Source: Callorhinchus milii (Eukaryota). From it: a stretch of 64,000 nt of DNA. Positions 36,837 through 49,671 of the stretch are shown in pieces; position 1 is the stretch's first letter; the number at the start of each line of letters is the position of its first letter. A model generated the notes under the pieces. The model saw nothing but the letters and a program-made list of their open reading frames with translations. It did no database searches and was not told the DNA's origin. A program made the position numbers and the translations under genes. The stretch spans positions 101,558,001 through 101,622,000 of the forward strand of contig NW_024704742.1 in assembly GCF_018977255.1 (NCBI RefSeq). Direction: 5' to 3'.

Positions 36837-38261
36837 CTGTAAGGATGCAGAGAAAGACGTACTGAATAGCAGGCATTGAAGAGATTTAAAATAATAACAA
36901 TTAATCAAGAATAGGTAGGACTGTACAAACATCATTTCACAGTTTCTGCAGATTATTTTTAAATAACTGATTATTGTATCCCCCCCACCACCCCCAAGGA
37001 AGGAATTACAAGGTTTGTGGATGTTTAGGGTGAAAGTGACAATTAAAACTTCTAAACACAAAGAGGTGAAGCATTCACCTCCAGTGAGGTCTTTGGGTAA
37101 TGATTTGTGCTGTGATAAATGCAGACGTCCATTGCTCTGCGCATTGGATTCGAATATGATAGTCACAGCACTAGTCAGTAATGGAAATAGGATTTTGATG
37201 AAGGAATATGCAGAAGTACCCATCTAATCATTGCCCTGTGTTGGGTATTTGCTTGTTTCCCACTAACATCTTCATATTGAGCAGACTTGTGTTTTTTTAA
37301 TTAAAATAATTGCCAGTATTTTCAACACATATTTCATTGACACTAATTCACTTTAAGAATGGAAATTGTACTGGGCAGTATCTTTTCTTAGGCCAATGCT
37401 CAAGAAAACAGTTTATCAGTATGGAAAACTGATATGCAACATGGAACTGCATTGCAAATCCTGGAGTTTATTGAAAAGGCTGATCAGAGTTGACAGGTTT
37501 ATTTGAAGGATAGCTGGAGGGTAACAGTTAACAGTTACTGTAGGTTGCTAGTTATGAATTTAATGGAAGTTTTATATGAGGTGAGCACCTTAGGAATCAG
37601 CTATGTCATTTTTGCTCGTGAAAAATAGGTCATCTTATATTACCATTTCTGAATTCTAATAGTCTGGTGATGACAGTGATTTATAATGCTGTGAATTAAA
37701 TGGAAAAATAAAAAGCCAGCTCCGCTTTTCCGTCCAGTAGCTTGGTTAGACTGATAGATGTTTTATTGATAAGAATCATTAAATAAGTTCTATTCATTTT
37801 GAAATTTGTTGACACCATCACCTCTGTGGTATCATCTTCCAGCTTAAATTACAATGAAGATTAGGCCTCTAAATGCAATTGTTTGTTGTATTAAGTAACG
37901 GGAGTTGATGTCTGACTGGAATACAGCAAACTTGAATACAACTTTGCCAAACTATGGAGTAAAGTATGAGCATTTCATAACACATTTCTTGATAGTTAAT
38001 GTGAGAAACACATTATGAAACCCCCCCAAAAACTCCACCTGTACTTCCTTTTAATTAATAAGTCAAAGCAGTAATTCTCAGTGGAGATATGCACAATGCA
38101 CAAAGTTTCTGCTTTGGAGATTTCTGGGGTCCTTTGTGTTCTTGGTTAGTAGTAGTTACAGCAATTGTCCTATTGATGTTTGCTGACAGGAACCAGCTTT
38201 AATGTGAATGAAAGACAGAAAGGGGGAAGGTGAGATGTTATGGTCTGAAATTGTTGAAATA

Positions 38262-38493
38262 ACAAACAGTCGTGGATTGAGTGACCACATTTTTTTTCAA
38301 AATATTTTGAAGGAATTATTACCCTCAGAAAAGTAATCCACCAATCGACTAACAACCGGGTTCCTATTTACTGCAAGGTAAACAAAGGCTTGTGGAATAA
38401 GAAAACTTGCCCAATGTTTCACCCTGCTGGGAATCAAACCCAGGTCTCTCGCTTGTGAGGCAATTGCTTTAACCACTGAGCTACAGGACTCCA
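38262..38493 (-). mobile_element. Long-form tRNA-like SINE, 5' part
   Basis: Head CCACTGAGCTACAGGACTCC (reverse) plus the long-form internal segment. Confidence 0.88.
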
Positions 38494-39674
38494 CATGGGT
38501 TGTTCCCCACAATAACAACAACTTGCATATTTATATACTCCCTTCATACAGGATAGCTTTTCAGAGCACTGTATTGGAGTCTAAGCCTAGACTATGTGAG
38601 TTTGAAGTCCCAATGTGGGGCTTGTACCCACAACATTCTGACTCAGAGTCGAGAGTGCTACACACTGAGCCTTTTTAAAAAAAATTAAAAGGTTAAAATT
38701 GTTGAGTGTTGGATTGATGAAATAGGACAGTACAGTCCTTGAGACTATGCCACCGTTAAGGTTCTGAGACGCTAAGAAGGCACTATACAAATGCATGTTG
38801 TTGTTGTAAACTTCAAGCCTTGAAGACAATCCTAAACTTTAAAAAATTGAATTGTGTTATTTAAAGATATGCTAAAGGCATTTAAATTAAATGTTGATTG
38901 TTTCCAACCTCAGGTGTTTGTATGGTGCCTGGGGTGCTTTTCCGGTAGCAAAGTGTCAAGTTATGCGACCGCTTTCCTGAAAAACAATTTTTCAACCCAA
39001 ATAAAAAAATTAATAAAAGAATCTGCACCGATAAAATATGCAGTCCTTTTAATCTACAGGGTATCACATGAAGCCCCTTGAGATGTTCTCCCAGCGGGAA
39101 AAGCATTCTATCAAATGCAAAGATTATTATTATTGTTATATTTACCTTTTTGAGAAAGAAATAATTGAAATTTTAAAGCTCCTCATCACATCGAAAAATG
39201 CTTCACAAGTAATTACTGCCAAATATACTGACCCTAAGAAATCATCACAAAGTATATCAGCATAAGATAAAGCTAGCATTTTACTGCACCTTATCATTTC
39301 AAAACATTTCAAAGTACTTTACAAATCATTACCTTCAAGTGCTATTAGCATCTGTTTTTGTAGGCAAATGCAAAGAGTCACGTAAGGTTGTAATGCTACG
39401 AAAATAGACATGAGGTGAACATGCAGTTAATCTGGAAGATTGTTGGCCAGGATACCAGGAAAAAGCATCCTCTTCTTTTTGAATTGCTTCATGGAATTTT
39501 AACTTACAACAACAACTTGCATTTATATAGCACCCTTCACACAAAGTAGTGTCTCGGAGCTCTCCAACGGCAGAACAGCAGATAATTCCTTGGTTTAAAG
39601 GTCATCTGAAAGATAGCATCTCCGACAACGTACCATACCACATTATTCCACTGATGAATGACTGTCCTCTAGGG

Positions 39675-39937
39675 CAGGGAGGTTCAACCTTTTGGCTGCT
39701 GAGGGCTGGATGCTTGGGGTGCTTTTCCGGTAGCAAAGTGTCAAGTTATGCAACCGCTTTTTGTTTGTGTTTCTCTTCCAGAAAAATAACATACAACATT
39801 TATGGGTTATGGAGGGAGCAGGTCGGCCAGATGAAATGGAGGGAGCGGGGGGCTGGATGAAATGGAGGGAGCGGGGGGCTGGATGAAATCATCCCCTGGC
39901 TGGATTCAATCCATGGGCCGCCAGTTGGACTACCTCG
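39675..39937. mobile_element. Non-autonomous hAT-type DNA transposon (MITE)
   Basis: Degenerate TIRs CAGGGAGGTTCAAC / GTTGGACTACCTCG; 8-bp flanks CTCTAGGG (39667-39674) and CTCTATGG (39938-39945); internal about 26-bp repeat GATGAAATGGAGGGAGCGGGGGGCTG. Confidence 0.75.
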
Positions 39938-40772
39938 CTCTATGGGAATTGTGAGTATGTTCCTGGCCCATGGATGCTTACAACATTGAACCACATCACG
40001 TTTCAGCTGAAGAGACATTTATCCTTGACTATTATGGAATGAGAATTCAGATTGCACAAATTTCTTAATATGTTATGTATGATATTTTAATTTTTTTTAC
40101 TGTATCAAGAACTCTCATAAGCTTACATTGACGCACCAGTTCAGGGCACCGCACTATAATGTCATCGTTTTTTGGAGATTCAAACTATTGAGCCAAAAGT
40201 ATCACAGATGCCTTTTACATTTGACTGCTCTCGTGTCAGACATACAGAAAAAACAAATGGCATCTCAAAAGATTTATTAGAAGACTCAAGGTCCAAATTG
40301 CCACTTGCCACTTATAATACCATTTTGTCTTAGAATTGAAGATTGTGCAGAATTGAGGGAAAAAATCTTCAATTCAGTCTTAATTTGCAAGTCGAATATT
40401 GAATTTAAGAATTTTCCACAAATCTGGTAACATTATAGTGTGGTGGCCTGCACTGGAACATCATTTTAAGACAAAGGCTAAGATTAGGTGAAATTTGAGG
40501 TCTTTAATTGCAACAGTAAGAGCTTTCTTGTTAGCAATCCTGACATGCACTTGAGAATGTGTAGCACATCATTACAGAACAACCTTCAAAGAGCAGAGAC
40601 GTTCCATACTGCTGGGACGCAGGAATGTAAATCTCAAGGTGAAATGCCAATTGGAACCTGAAGTGGCAAAGTGATTATTAAACCTGCTAGATATAGAGAG
40701 ATTTAGAAAATAGATATCTAGCAGAATAATCCTATCTGTCAGCACTACACGATGAAATTGATTAATTCAAGG

Positions 40773-41285
40773 GTTAAATTAATTGTTACTATTTTCAACA
40801 TTTACTTATTCTATGCTTTTGAAAAAACCTCTACCCTTAAAAGAAAGCAGTGTAACATGGGGTATCCTTCCAGTCTATTTCACATTGATCTCGAAAATAG
40901 CAATCTTTGCATGACTTACTTATAATAGATTTTCCCATTATAAACAAACAGTGTAAAGATCATTAACTTTAGAGAACAGCAGCCCAAACTTTCTCATATC
41001 CTTAGACTTAAATCCATTGTCTTATAAAGTAAGATTGGGTGGAATTTTCTACAAATATCCAAGATTCAGTTTCAATTGAATTTTATACAAATATCCAAGA
41101 TTCTAGAGTTAAATTAATTGTTATTATTTTAAACATTTACATATTGCATGCTTTTGAAAAAACCTCTACCCTTAAAAGAAAGGAATGTAGCATGAGGTGT
41201 CCTTGCAGTCTATTCCATATTGATCTCAAAAATAGCAATCCTTTTGTTACTTGCTTATAATCGATTTTCCCATTATAAACTAACA
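40773..41285. repeat. Local direct duplication, 178 bp x2
   Basis: 40773-40950 and 41108-41285 are colinear with scattered substitutions. Confidence 0.92.
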
Positions 41286-41299
41286 ATGAAAATAATGTA

Positions 41300-41607
41300 G
41301 GAGTCCTGTAGCTCAATGGTTAGAGCCACTTGCCTCACAGGTGAGAGACCTGGGTTAGATTTCTAGCAGGGCAAAATCTTGGGAAAGTTTCCTTAATCCA
41401 CACCTGATAATATTCCCTCAAAAAAAACAATAATACGTTGGTCACTTCAATCTACAGCTGTTTGTGGGACACTGTTGTACGCAATTGGCTGCCGCTGTTC
41501 GCCACAAATATACAGTCAATTCACTTTACAGTATATCTTGTGAAGTGCTTTGAGACGTCTTGAAGACATGCAAAGTGCTATATCAAATGCAAGGATTATT
41601 ATTATTA
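41300..41607 (+). mobile_element. tRNA-like SINE, short form
   Basis: Full head, body and (TTA)n tail. Confidence 0.9.
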
Positions 41608-41639
41608 ATTTGAAACACAAAATTAAGAGCTTCAATTTA

Positions 41640-42032
41640 ATAATGATAATCCTAACATTTGGTATAGCACCTTATCATGTCAAAAAGAATGACTGTGTAT
41701 TTGTCGGCAAATACAGCAGCACAATTGCACATCAATATCTACAAACAGCCATGAAGTGAGTGACCAATTTTATTTGGGGGATTGTTGCCCTAGGAGAAAC
41801 TCCCTTTGCTTTTCAATTAGTGCAAATTGGACCTTTAATGCCCATCTGAACAGGCAGATGGGGTCTTGATTTAATATATCATCTGAAGGACGGCTTCTCT
41901 GACAGTACAACATCCCCCAGTGCTGGATTGGAGTGTCAGCTGAGACTATGTGGGTTCAAGTCCCGATTTAAGATTTGAATTCACAATCTTTAATTCATAG
42001 GCGAGAGTTCTACCACTGAGCCAAACTGACAC
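41640..42032 (-). mobile_element. Deu-domain SINE, near full length
   Basis: CCATCTGAACAGGCAGATGGGG core; head reverse CCACTGAGCCAAACTGACAC. Confidence 0.82.
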
Positions 42033-42159
42033 TGAAATTAATAATAGTAATAATAATTGCGCACAGTAGTGTCCCACAAACAGTCGTGGATTGTGATCAA
42101 ATTATTATTATTTTGAAGGGATTATTTCCCCCATATACATATACATAGTTATATATATC

Positions 42160-42372
42160 CTAATAATAATCCCTCCAAAAAACAAAACAATAATAAATTG
42201 GTTATTTTCAATCCACGATTGTTTGTGGGGCATTGCTGTACGCAATTGGTTGCCGCGTTTCGCCCACAAATATACGTTCAATTCACTTTACAGTCTATTC
42301 TGTGAAGCGCTTTGAGACGTCGAGAAGACGTAAAAAACTCTGTATCAAATGAAAGGATTATTATATTATTAT
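42160..42372 (+). mobile_element. 5'-truncated tRNA-like SINE
   Basis: Body and tail only. Confidence 0.88.
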
Positions 42373-45300
42373 TATATAATTATATGATTGAAAGCATGTG
42401 ACGCTCAAATAATTTGCCAGCATTCCCTGTCTGCTCTCAACCTCGAGACCCAGTGCCAGGATTAGGCTTGAGTACCGCTGTAGTGGTGGAGGCTGGGCAT
42501 TGACTGACTTGACTGATTTTTAAGGCTGCTTCAAAAATTCTACATAACCTTAAATTATAATATAATGGCCTCAAGTCTAAAAACATGAGAAGTTCCAGGC
42601 CCCAGGCATGATAGATTGTGTAATGTCACTTTAAAAGAGTAATAATTTTTCACATTTTCCTTTAGATTAAGTTTTAATTTTAAAGGAAGCACAAAAATAT
42701 TATTCCTTGCAATGCTGTAGTGATACAATACCACTGACTCTGGGATGAATATATGCAGAACAAATTATACATCTGTAGACTAAAGGGGCTATTAATAAAA
42801 TAAGACCATTTAATGTCTGCCAAAGAAAATCTCTGTACCACTTATGCATTGGATCTTACAAGAGTATAAGAGTGGCTTACAATATGCCTTTGCTGTCAGA
42901 ATTAGTGCTCTGTACTTAGGATATGAAATTGTTAGAGCCTCTGGTTCTTTGCTAGAAAAATGTGCTTATGAAAGGCACGTTTCCATTTATTTTGTTTTTC
43001 ATGACAATATTGATAAGTATTTATAAATTTATAAAATTATAATATATGCATGTTTCTTTATTGCATTGTCAGATATTTGTCACAAATATTCCAGGAAAAC
43101 AATAAACTATAATTTCCAACACTGAAGAGCACAACAAGTTATTGTAACATTCTCTGCTGGACTGGAAGGTAAAAGCTTTCTCTGTCTGATAGCAGCATAT
43201 TCATAAGGCTGGAAAGAAAAGAAACAAAAATAGTAAAGTTTAACAGGCAATTTCTAACAGTAATAACAATAATAATCCATGCATTTGATATAGCACAGAA
43301 ACCATCTCCAATGCTCTACAAAGTGTAGTGATTGTGTATTTGGCGGTGAAAGCCACAGTCAATTTGTACACAGCAATATACCACCACAAACACTATCAAG
43401 TAAGTATAAATAAAATATTAGATGGAGGCCAGTTTTATTTTGATAAAGGCTCATATCTGAAATCTTAAACCATTTTACAGATGCTTATTGGCCATTTTCC
43501 ATTCCCGGGTCAGTTTTCTTTCTTGGGGAATCCAGGTCAAGTGGCGTGAATAATACAACATGACATATGATATTTCACTTCATGGCTTTTTGGGGAACAT
43601 TGCTGTGTGAAAATTTCCTGCCGTATTTGGCCACAAAAATACGGTCACTCCACTTTATAGTAAGTACTGTGAAGCGCTTTGAAACATCCTCCCAATGTAA
43701 AAAGCACTTTGTCAAATGTAAGGATTATTATTATTATTCTACTTTGACTGAAACATTGAATAATAATCTTAATTATTTTTTATAATAATATTAACAGGAT
43801 TTATTGTGAAAAGGAATTATTCTGTACTTGTAGGGGAATGCGGCAGAACAATTGCACACAGCAATATTCTATGAAGAGCCACAAAATGAATGACCAATTT
43901 TATTTGGGGGCTTGTTGACTAGAAACTCCCTTCTCTTTTCGAATAGTGCCATGGGATCTTTAATATCCACATAAATGGGGGGCGGAATCTCAGTTTAACA
44001 TCTCGTCCAAAGGATGATATTTTAAACTAATGCTTAACTATGCATTTTATTTGGATTTATCCTGGAATCACAGCCCTCCATACAGGAGTTGTTTCTGCAA
44101 TAAAGCTGAGAGTAATTATAGTTTCTCCAATTTACTTCCAAAATTCATTGATTTAATATTAATCTGCATGATCTTTCATGGATTACAGCAGTTCATTTAT
44201 TTGAAAATCCTTACAAAATAATTCAATTTATCTGGAAGTCTTATGCACAAAGAACTCACGGATAATACATGATTAATTATGTAATAAATTCATCAAATTT
44301 CAGCACAGTTCCAGTAAAATATTGTGTCGCAGAAATTCAAAAATAAATAAGTTATGCAGCACAGGACCCATGGAAATTGGTACTGTGCCAATAATCAAGC
44401 CATAATTACAGGCATGTTACAAAAGTAAGTGCTCCTATAAACTGCAGCATTTAAATATTCTATTTTGTAAAGGATCATAATGAATTAATATCAATGGGCT
44501 GGGTGGTCTAGCGATGCATTGTTTACAGTGCAGGGTCTATTTTCCAGGTCATGTTAAGCATGTGTAAACCATATGAAAAGAAAGAATTACAAATCTCCTT
44601 AATTCTGTAATTAACGAACAATGTGAAAGATTCCAGAACCACAAGATCACAATATTGGTTTGGATAATCTGAACTCACATCTGATCTCATCTCTCCAGAA
44701 TACCCATCTTACCTTTCCCCCATCGCAGCATCAATGTGCCTTTTAAATGAGTCCAGTGTCCTGGCCTCAACCACCCTTCCTGGTGACCTCTCCCAGTTAC
44801 TGATGGCCTTTTGGGTAAATAAAAACTTCCTAGTATCTGTCCAGAAATTGCCCTTTAAAATCTCTAGTGTATCCTCTTGTTCTGCTGTCTCAACAACAAC
44901 TTCCCTTTAAATAGCCCCCTTCATGCAGATCATTGTCTTGGAGTGCTTGATAGTGGCAGAGTCTGACTCTGACCTCGGGGAGGGAGGAGGTGACCGTAAG
45001 CACAGTCGAAGATGAAGGTTTTCAGTTGTCATCTAAAAGAGGGGAAGGAGGAGGCAAGGTAGAGTGATTGGTGGAGAGAGGTCCAAACAACAACAAATCA
45101 CATTTCTGTAGCACCTTTCACGTCGGGAGAATGCCCCAAAGTGCTGGACAGTAAAGGATTTGCAGCCAAACTGGGGTTGGAATCAAGAGAGGTGGAGGTA
45201 GGAAGAAGGCATGGTCTCAGTACATCTGAAAATTATCACCTGTAATCCTATTCAAGTCTGATAATTACATAATTACGGACAACTGTGATTCCTTTTTTAC

Positions 45301-46089
45301 ACAAGCATTAACAAATGGTAAAACATAACTCATAAATGTGACCCCTGAATTGATCTTATTCTGTCAGAGAACAGAGTGGTGAAAGGTATCTTAGAGTTTT
45401 GTCCTTCCTTGTATTTGATATAGCACCTTTCACTAAAGAGGACGACTCAAAGTTCTTCACAGAATTTACTGAAAAGTGTAATGGTTGTGTATTTTGTAGG
45501 CAAGTACGGCAACCAATTTGTACTAAACAATGTTCCACAAACAGCCATCTAGTTAATCATCAATGTTATCTGGGAGATTGTTGACCAGGACACCAAGAGA
45601 AACTCTCATCTCTTTTCAAATCATGCCATGAGTTTTCCACACTGAGCTCCTGGACTCCAGACAGAAAGGATCAAGTGGAGGTGAGTTATTTACCTTTTGA
45701 GAGCAAATTAACCTGTACCGTCCTTGTTTCTGTTCAGTGCCTCAGACATCCCTTACTTCCTATAATTTCTTATAGTGTTTGGAAAGGTTGTGGCCAGCCA
45801 TTTCTTTTTAATATCAGTTACAGAAGGAAAGATCAAAGCTTTTCATTTTATGAACTCTGGATCTCTCCCGAGGACAGTGCGGGAATAATAAAGTGCTTGC
45901 CTCTATCCAAAAGATTATAGACGTGCGATGGCAGAAGCTAAGGAGCAGCCCCAAAGTATACACTGAGATACTGCTCGAAATTAACAAGCTGTAGCTAAAG
46001 ATACAAGGTAAGTTTCCACAACTCATCCAGCTAGGATCGCCCAACTCAGGGCCTCAGTGGCAAGTCCACGCCTTCAAAATCCCATTTAG

Positions 46090-46445
46090 CTCAGCCTGGC
46101 TATTCATAGCACTCTCATCTATGAGTCCAAAGGTTCTGGTTTCAAGACCCTCATTAGAGTTTTGAACTCATATAATCTAGATTAACACTCCAATACAGTT
46201 CTGCCGGAGTTCTGCATTGCAGGAGGTGTTGTCTTTTGGATAAGACATTAAAACCAAGGACTTACCTGCTTGTTCAAGTGGACTTAAAGATCTTGTAGCA
46301 TTTCACGAAAAGTGAAGGGAATTTCACTTGGTATGCTGGCCAAAAAACCTCAGATAAAAACCCTAGATAAAGTGAGTGACCAATTTTACATTAGAATATA
46401 CAGTTTTTGTAAAAGATTTGCTGTATGCAAAATAGACTGCCATAT
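46090..46445 (+). mobile_element. Deu-domain SINE
   Basis: CAGCCTGGCT...GCACTCTC head; CCTGCTTGTTCAAGTGGACTTAAAGATC core. Confidence 0.75.
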
Positions 46446-46869
46446 TGCCAATTCCACTCCACAGAGGTCCCATATGATTCCACCCCCCCCATCTCAAAGA
46501 AACTAATCACCAGTTTTTCATCATATAACTGATAAGTGTGGATTTGAGCTCTCGTTAGATGGATAGCCTGTACCAGGAAACATAAAGTGAATAAAAGTGA
46601 ATACAATGAAGGGGTGCCTTACCACCATCCTCCAGGCAATGGCCAGATTATACACTGTCATTTATCAAACAGTAACTGCAAGGTTGGATGTGCAAAGCTT
46701 CAGCAGTAGCTGAGTGGCATTCTATATAGCAGCTAGATTAACCTCTAAATCCTACATAAAAGAGAATGTGAACTCATGGTCCAGATAATATCTTCCAGAA
46801 GTTGTTGCAAGCCTCATAGTTACCTTCCTGTTTTTACTAATAATCATAATAGAAGAGAACACTATTTAA

Positions 46870-47304
46870 TAATAATGGAATAATCCTTGCATTTGATATA
46901 ACACCTTATCATGTTGTTCAGAAGTGTCAAAAGCGCTTCATAGGATTTACTGTAAAATGGATTAACTGTGTATTTTGTGGGAGAAACAGCCATCCATGAG
47001 CACAGCAGTGTCCTACGAATGGCCATGGAGTGAATGACTTATTTTGGGGATTGTTGGTCAGGACACCGGGAGAAATTATCTTCTCTTGTCAAATAGTGCC
47101 ATGAGATCTTTAACATCCACCTGAACAGGCAGATGGGACCTTGATTTAATATCTCATCCAAAGGATGGTGTCTACAACAATGCAACACACCTCAACACTG
47201 TATTGGAGCATCATCTTAGACTATGTGATTCCAAGTCCCAATGTAGAAGTTGAACCCCAACCTCCTAACTCAGAAGCGAGAACACTACTTCCACTGCGCC
47301 AGGC
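46870..47304 (-). mobile_element. Deu-domain SINE, full length
   Basis: Tail AATCCTTGCATTTGATATAACACC, core AATAGTGCCATGAGATCTTTAACATCCACCTGAACAGGCAGATGGG, head at about 47300. Confidence 0.85.
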
Positions 47305-47416
47305 TTTTTGATGAACATTTATCTGCCTTTAGCAGAGTGGATTGAAAACATTGTCCTCTCACTTTAATTGAATAAAGCCTATGAACCAATGCATAATTTA
47401 AACATTAAATGATTTG

Positions 47417-47510
47417 TTGTTTATTCAAATGCAATTTTCTCCCTAATAAATTGCTTGTAAAGCAAATTTAAAGCAAATTATTAGGGAGAAAATCACATTT
47501 GAGTAAGCAA
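47417..47510. repeat. Long imperfect palindrome (94 bp)
   Basis: TTATTCAAATGCAATTTTCTCCCTAATAAATTGCTTGTAAA vs reverse complement of right arm TTACTCAAATGTGATTTTCTCCCTAATAATTTGCTTTAAA. Confidence 0.9.
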
Positions 47511-48644
47511 GGAATTACTCCTTCCCTCTTTTTGGTCAAAGTTAATATGTGTTATTTACATTAACATCAAAATACGATTTATATCCTTGTACACTGATTC
47601 CACTTTGTTTTTATTATTTGCATAAATATAAATGATGTTACACATACAATAACAGGAATCATTACATTAGGCATTATTAATATTTATAATGCCCATGCCT
47701 CATTGCATGCAAATTATCTTAAGACATTTCTATCTTATGTGCATTATCGTTCTGTTTATTTAATATAGCACACGTGTGTGACTGAAACTAATAAAGATGA
47801 GGTGAAAATGCAGCAAGTGATGTGATAATTATTCATTTAAAAAAACATATCACATGATGCATTTTACAACTTTTTTTTGGAAAGTTTTTTTATTAATTGG
47901 ATCCAGGCAAGCAACACTTTTTTTTAAAAGATAGGTAAATAACTATAGAAGAGAGCAAGTGTACAATTGGCTGCCACGTTTCACCCACAAAATATACAGT
48001 CATTTCAATTTACAGTATATTTTGTGAAGCGCTTTGAGACATCTTAACGACGTGATAAGGCAGTATATCAAATGAAAGGTTTATTATTATCTGCAGACAT
48101 TAAAAGAACTGTGATCAAGCCAGGTACCTATCCAGTGGAATAGTCAATCATTTATTTTGTAATTAAACATCACCTACTTATACTCAATGGACTGGAAAAA
48201 AATGATTAGTTTTACCATAAAAAACCCTTGAATGAAATTGTTTACAAAATCTTAGTAACTTTGCTGCTTATATTTTTGTGCCTGTCTCTGAATGCGGTTC
48301 CAGCCCCTGGTCACTGGCTGATGTATTGCGTTGTTTGTTATAGGTTGTTCAAGTGCATCTTCTCAGGAAGTTCCTGCCCTAAAACTGTTGCATTTTCCAT
48401 CTGGAAAGGGGGCCCTCCTGCTACTTGGATGTTGGTCCACATAAGACTCAGATCCAATGCTCCCCTGAACCTTCTTATTGTGATTCTCAGGAAGAACCGT
48501 GGATTCTTCCTCAGAAGCAGCAACAATACCTTAAAATACGGATAAAACCTGGGTATGAATTAAGAACAAAGTAGTCTCAAAAGATCAGCTAAGGTCACAC
48601 ATTTGCATTAGACAATGCTTCACACTCTGAAAAGATACTTCAAT

Positions 48645-48848
48645 AATACTAATAATCCTTGCATTTGATATAGCGCTTTTCACGTCAGGAGGACATCCCA
48701 AAGCGCTTCACAGAACACACTGTAAAGTGAATTGACTATATTTGTGGGCGAACGCAGCAGCCAATTGTGCACAGCAGTGTCCCACAAACAGTCGTAGATT
48801 GAAAATGACCAATTTATTATTGTTTTTGGTTTTGGAGGGATTATTATT
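48645..48848 (-). mobile_element. Young SINE, 5'-truncated
   Basis: Tail and body match 13417-13640. Confidence 0.92.
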
Positions 48849-49671
48849 AATAGACAACAAATAAAACAGGGCAAATAATACTAGATATGTTTGTGAGGAG
48901 TTTCATTATATTGAACTGATTGTCAATTTATTGAATATTACCAGTATTTGACACAGTGCATGACATATGATTAGCTATGCATTATAAATAAATTGGAATC
49001 TGAAGAGTGCGTGTTCTGGGCTGCTTCTCAAAATGAATTTAAATAGGAATAGATAACCTCCATTTCGAGAGGTATTTATTCATGCTTCAGTGCTCCACTG
49101 GTGGATTTTGAAGGTTTGCGGTAATTTAGGTTCATTCTTGTTATATTTGTGAAGTTATTGTAGAGTTGCCTGCTTTCATCATTCTCTCTAGTGAAAAAAT
49201 AATTGATGATTTGTTTTGCAATTCATGTTGTAGGTATCTACTGACTTCCTATAGTTGGAGCCTTATTTGGAATACTCATAGCAATGTGTTCTTCAACCAA
49301 ATATGTTGTCCAGCTTCCTGGATTCAACCACTCTTCCTAGTAACCTGTTCCAGTCATTAATTACCCTCTCTGCCGTCTAGCTTCTTTTTCCTTCAGACAA
49401 TTTTGAAATTCCCCTTCCATTTTGGTGTCATCTGCTAATGCAAATCCAGGTCATTAATGCAAATAACAACAACTTGCATTTACATAGCGCTCTTCACGTG
49501 GGTAGCCTCTGAGCTCTCAGAGCGCTAGAAGGGGTGGCAGTACAGACCCCTGAGGCATGTTGTCACTTAATACCTCCCCCCAATTTGAGCTAGTTCCCCC
49601 AACAACCCTCTGCTTTCTTTCCCTTTAGCCAATTTTGAATCCACATCCATGTCTTGCCCTTGACACCCAGT

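Noticed and set aside
45777..46012. Plus-strand exon candidate ending AAG|gtaagt
   Set aside because: No frame open across it and no partner exons identified
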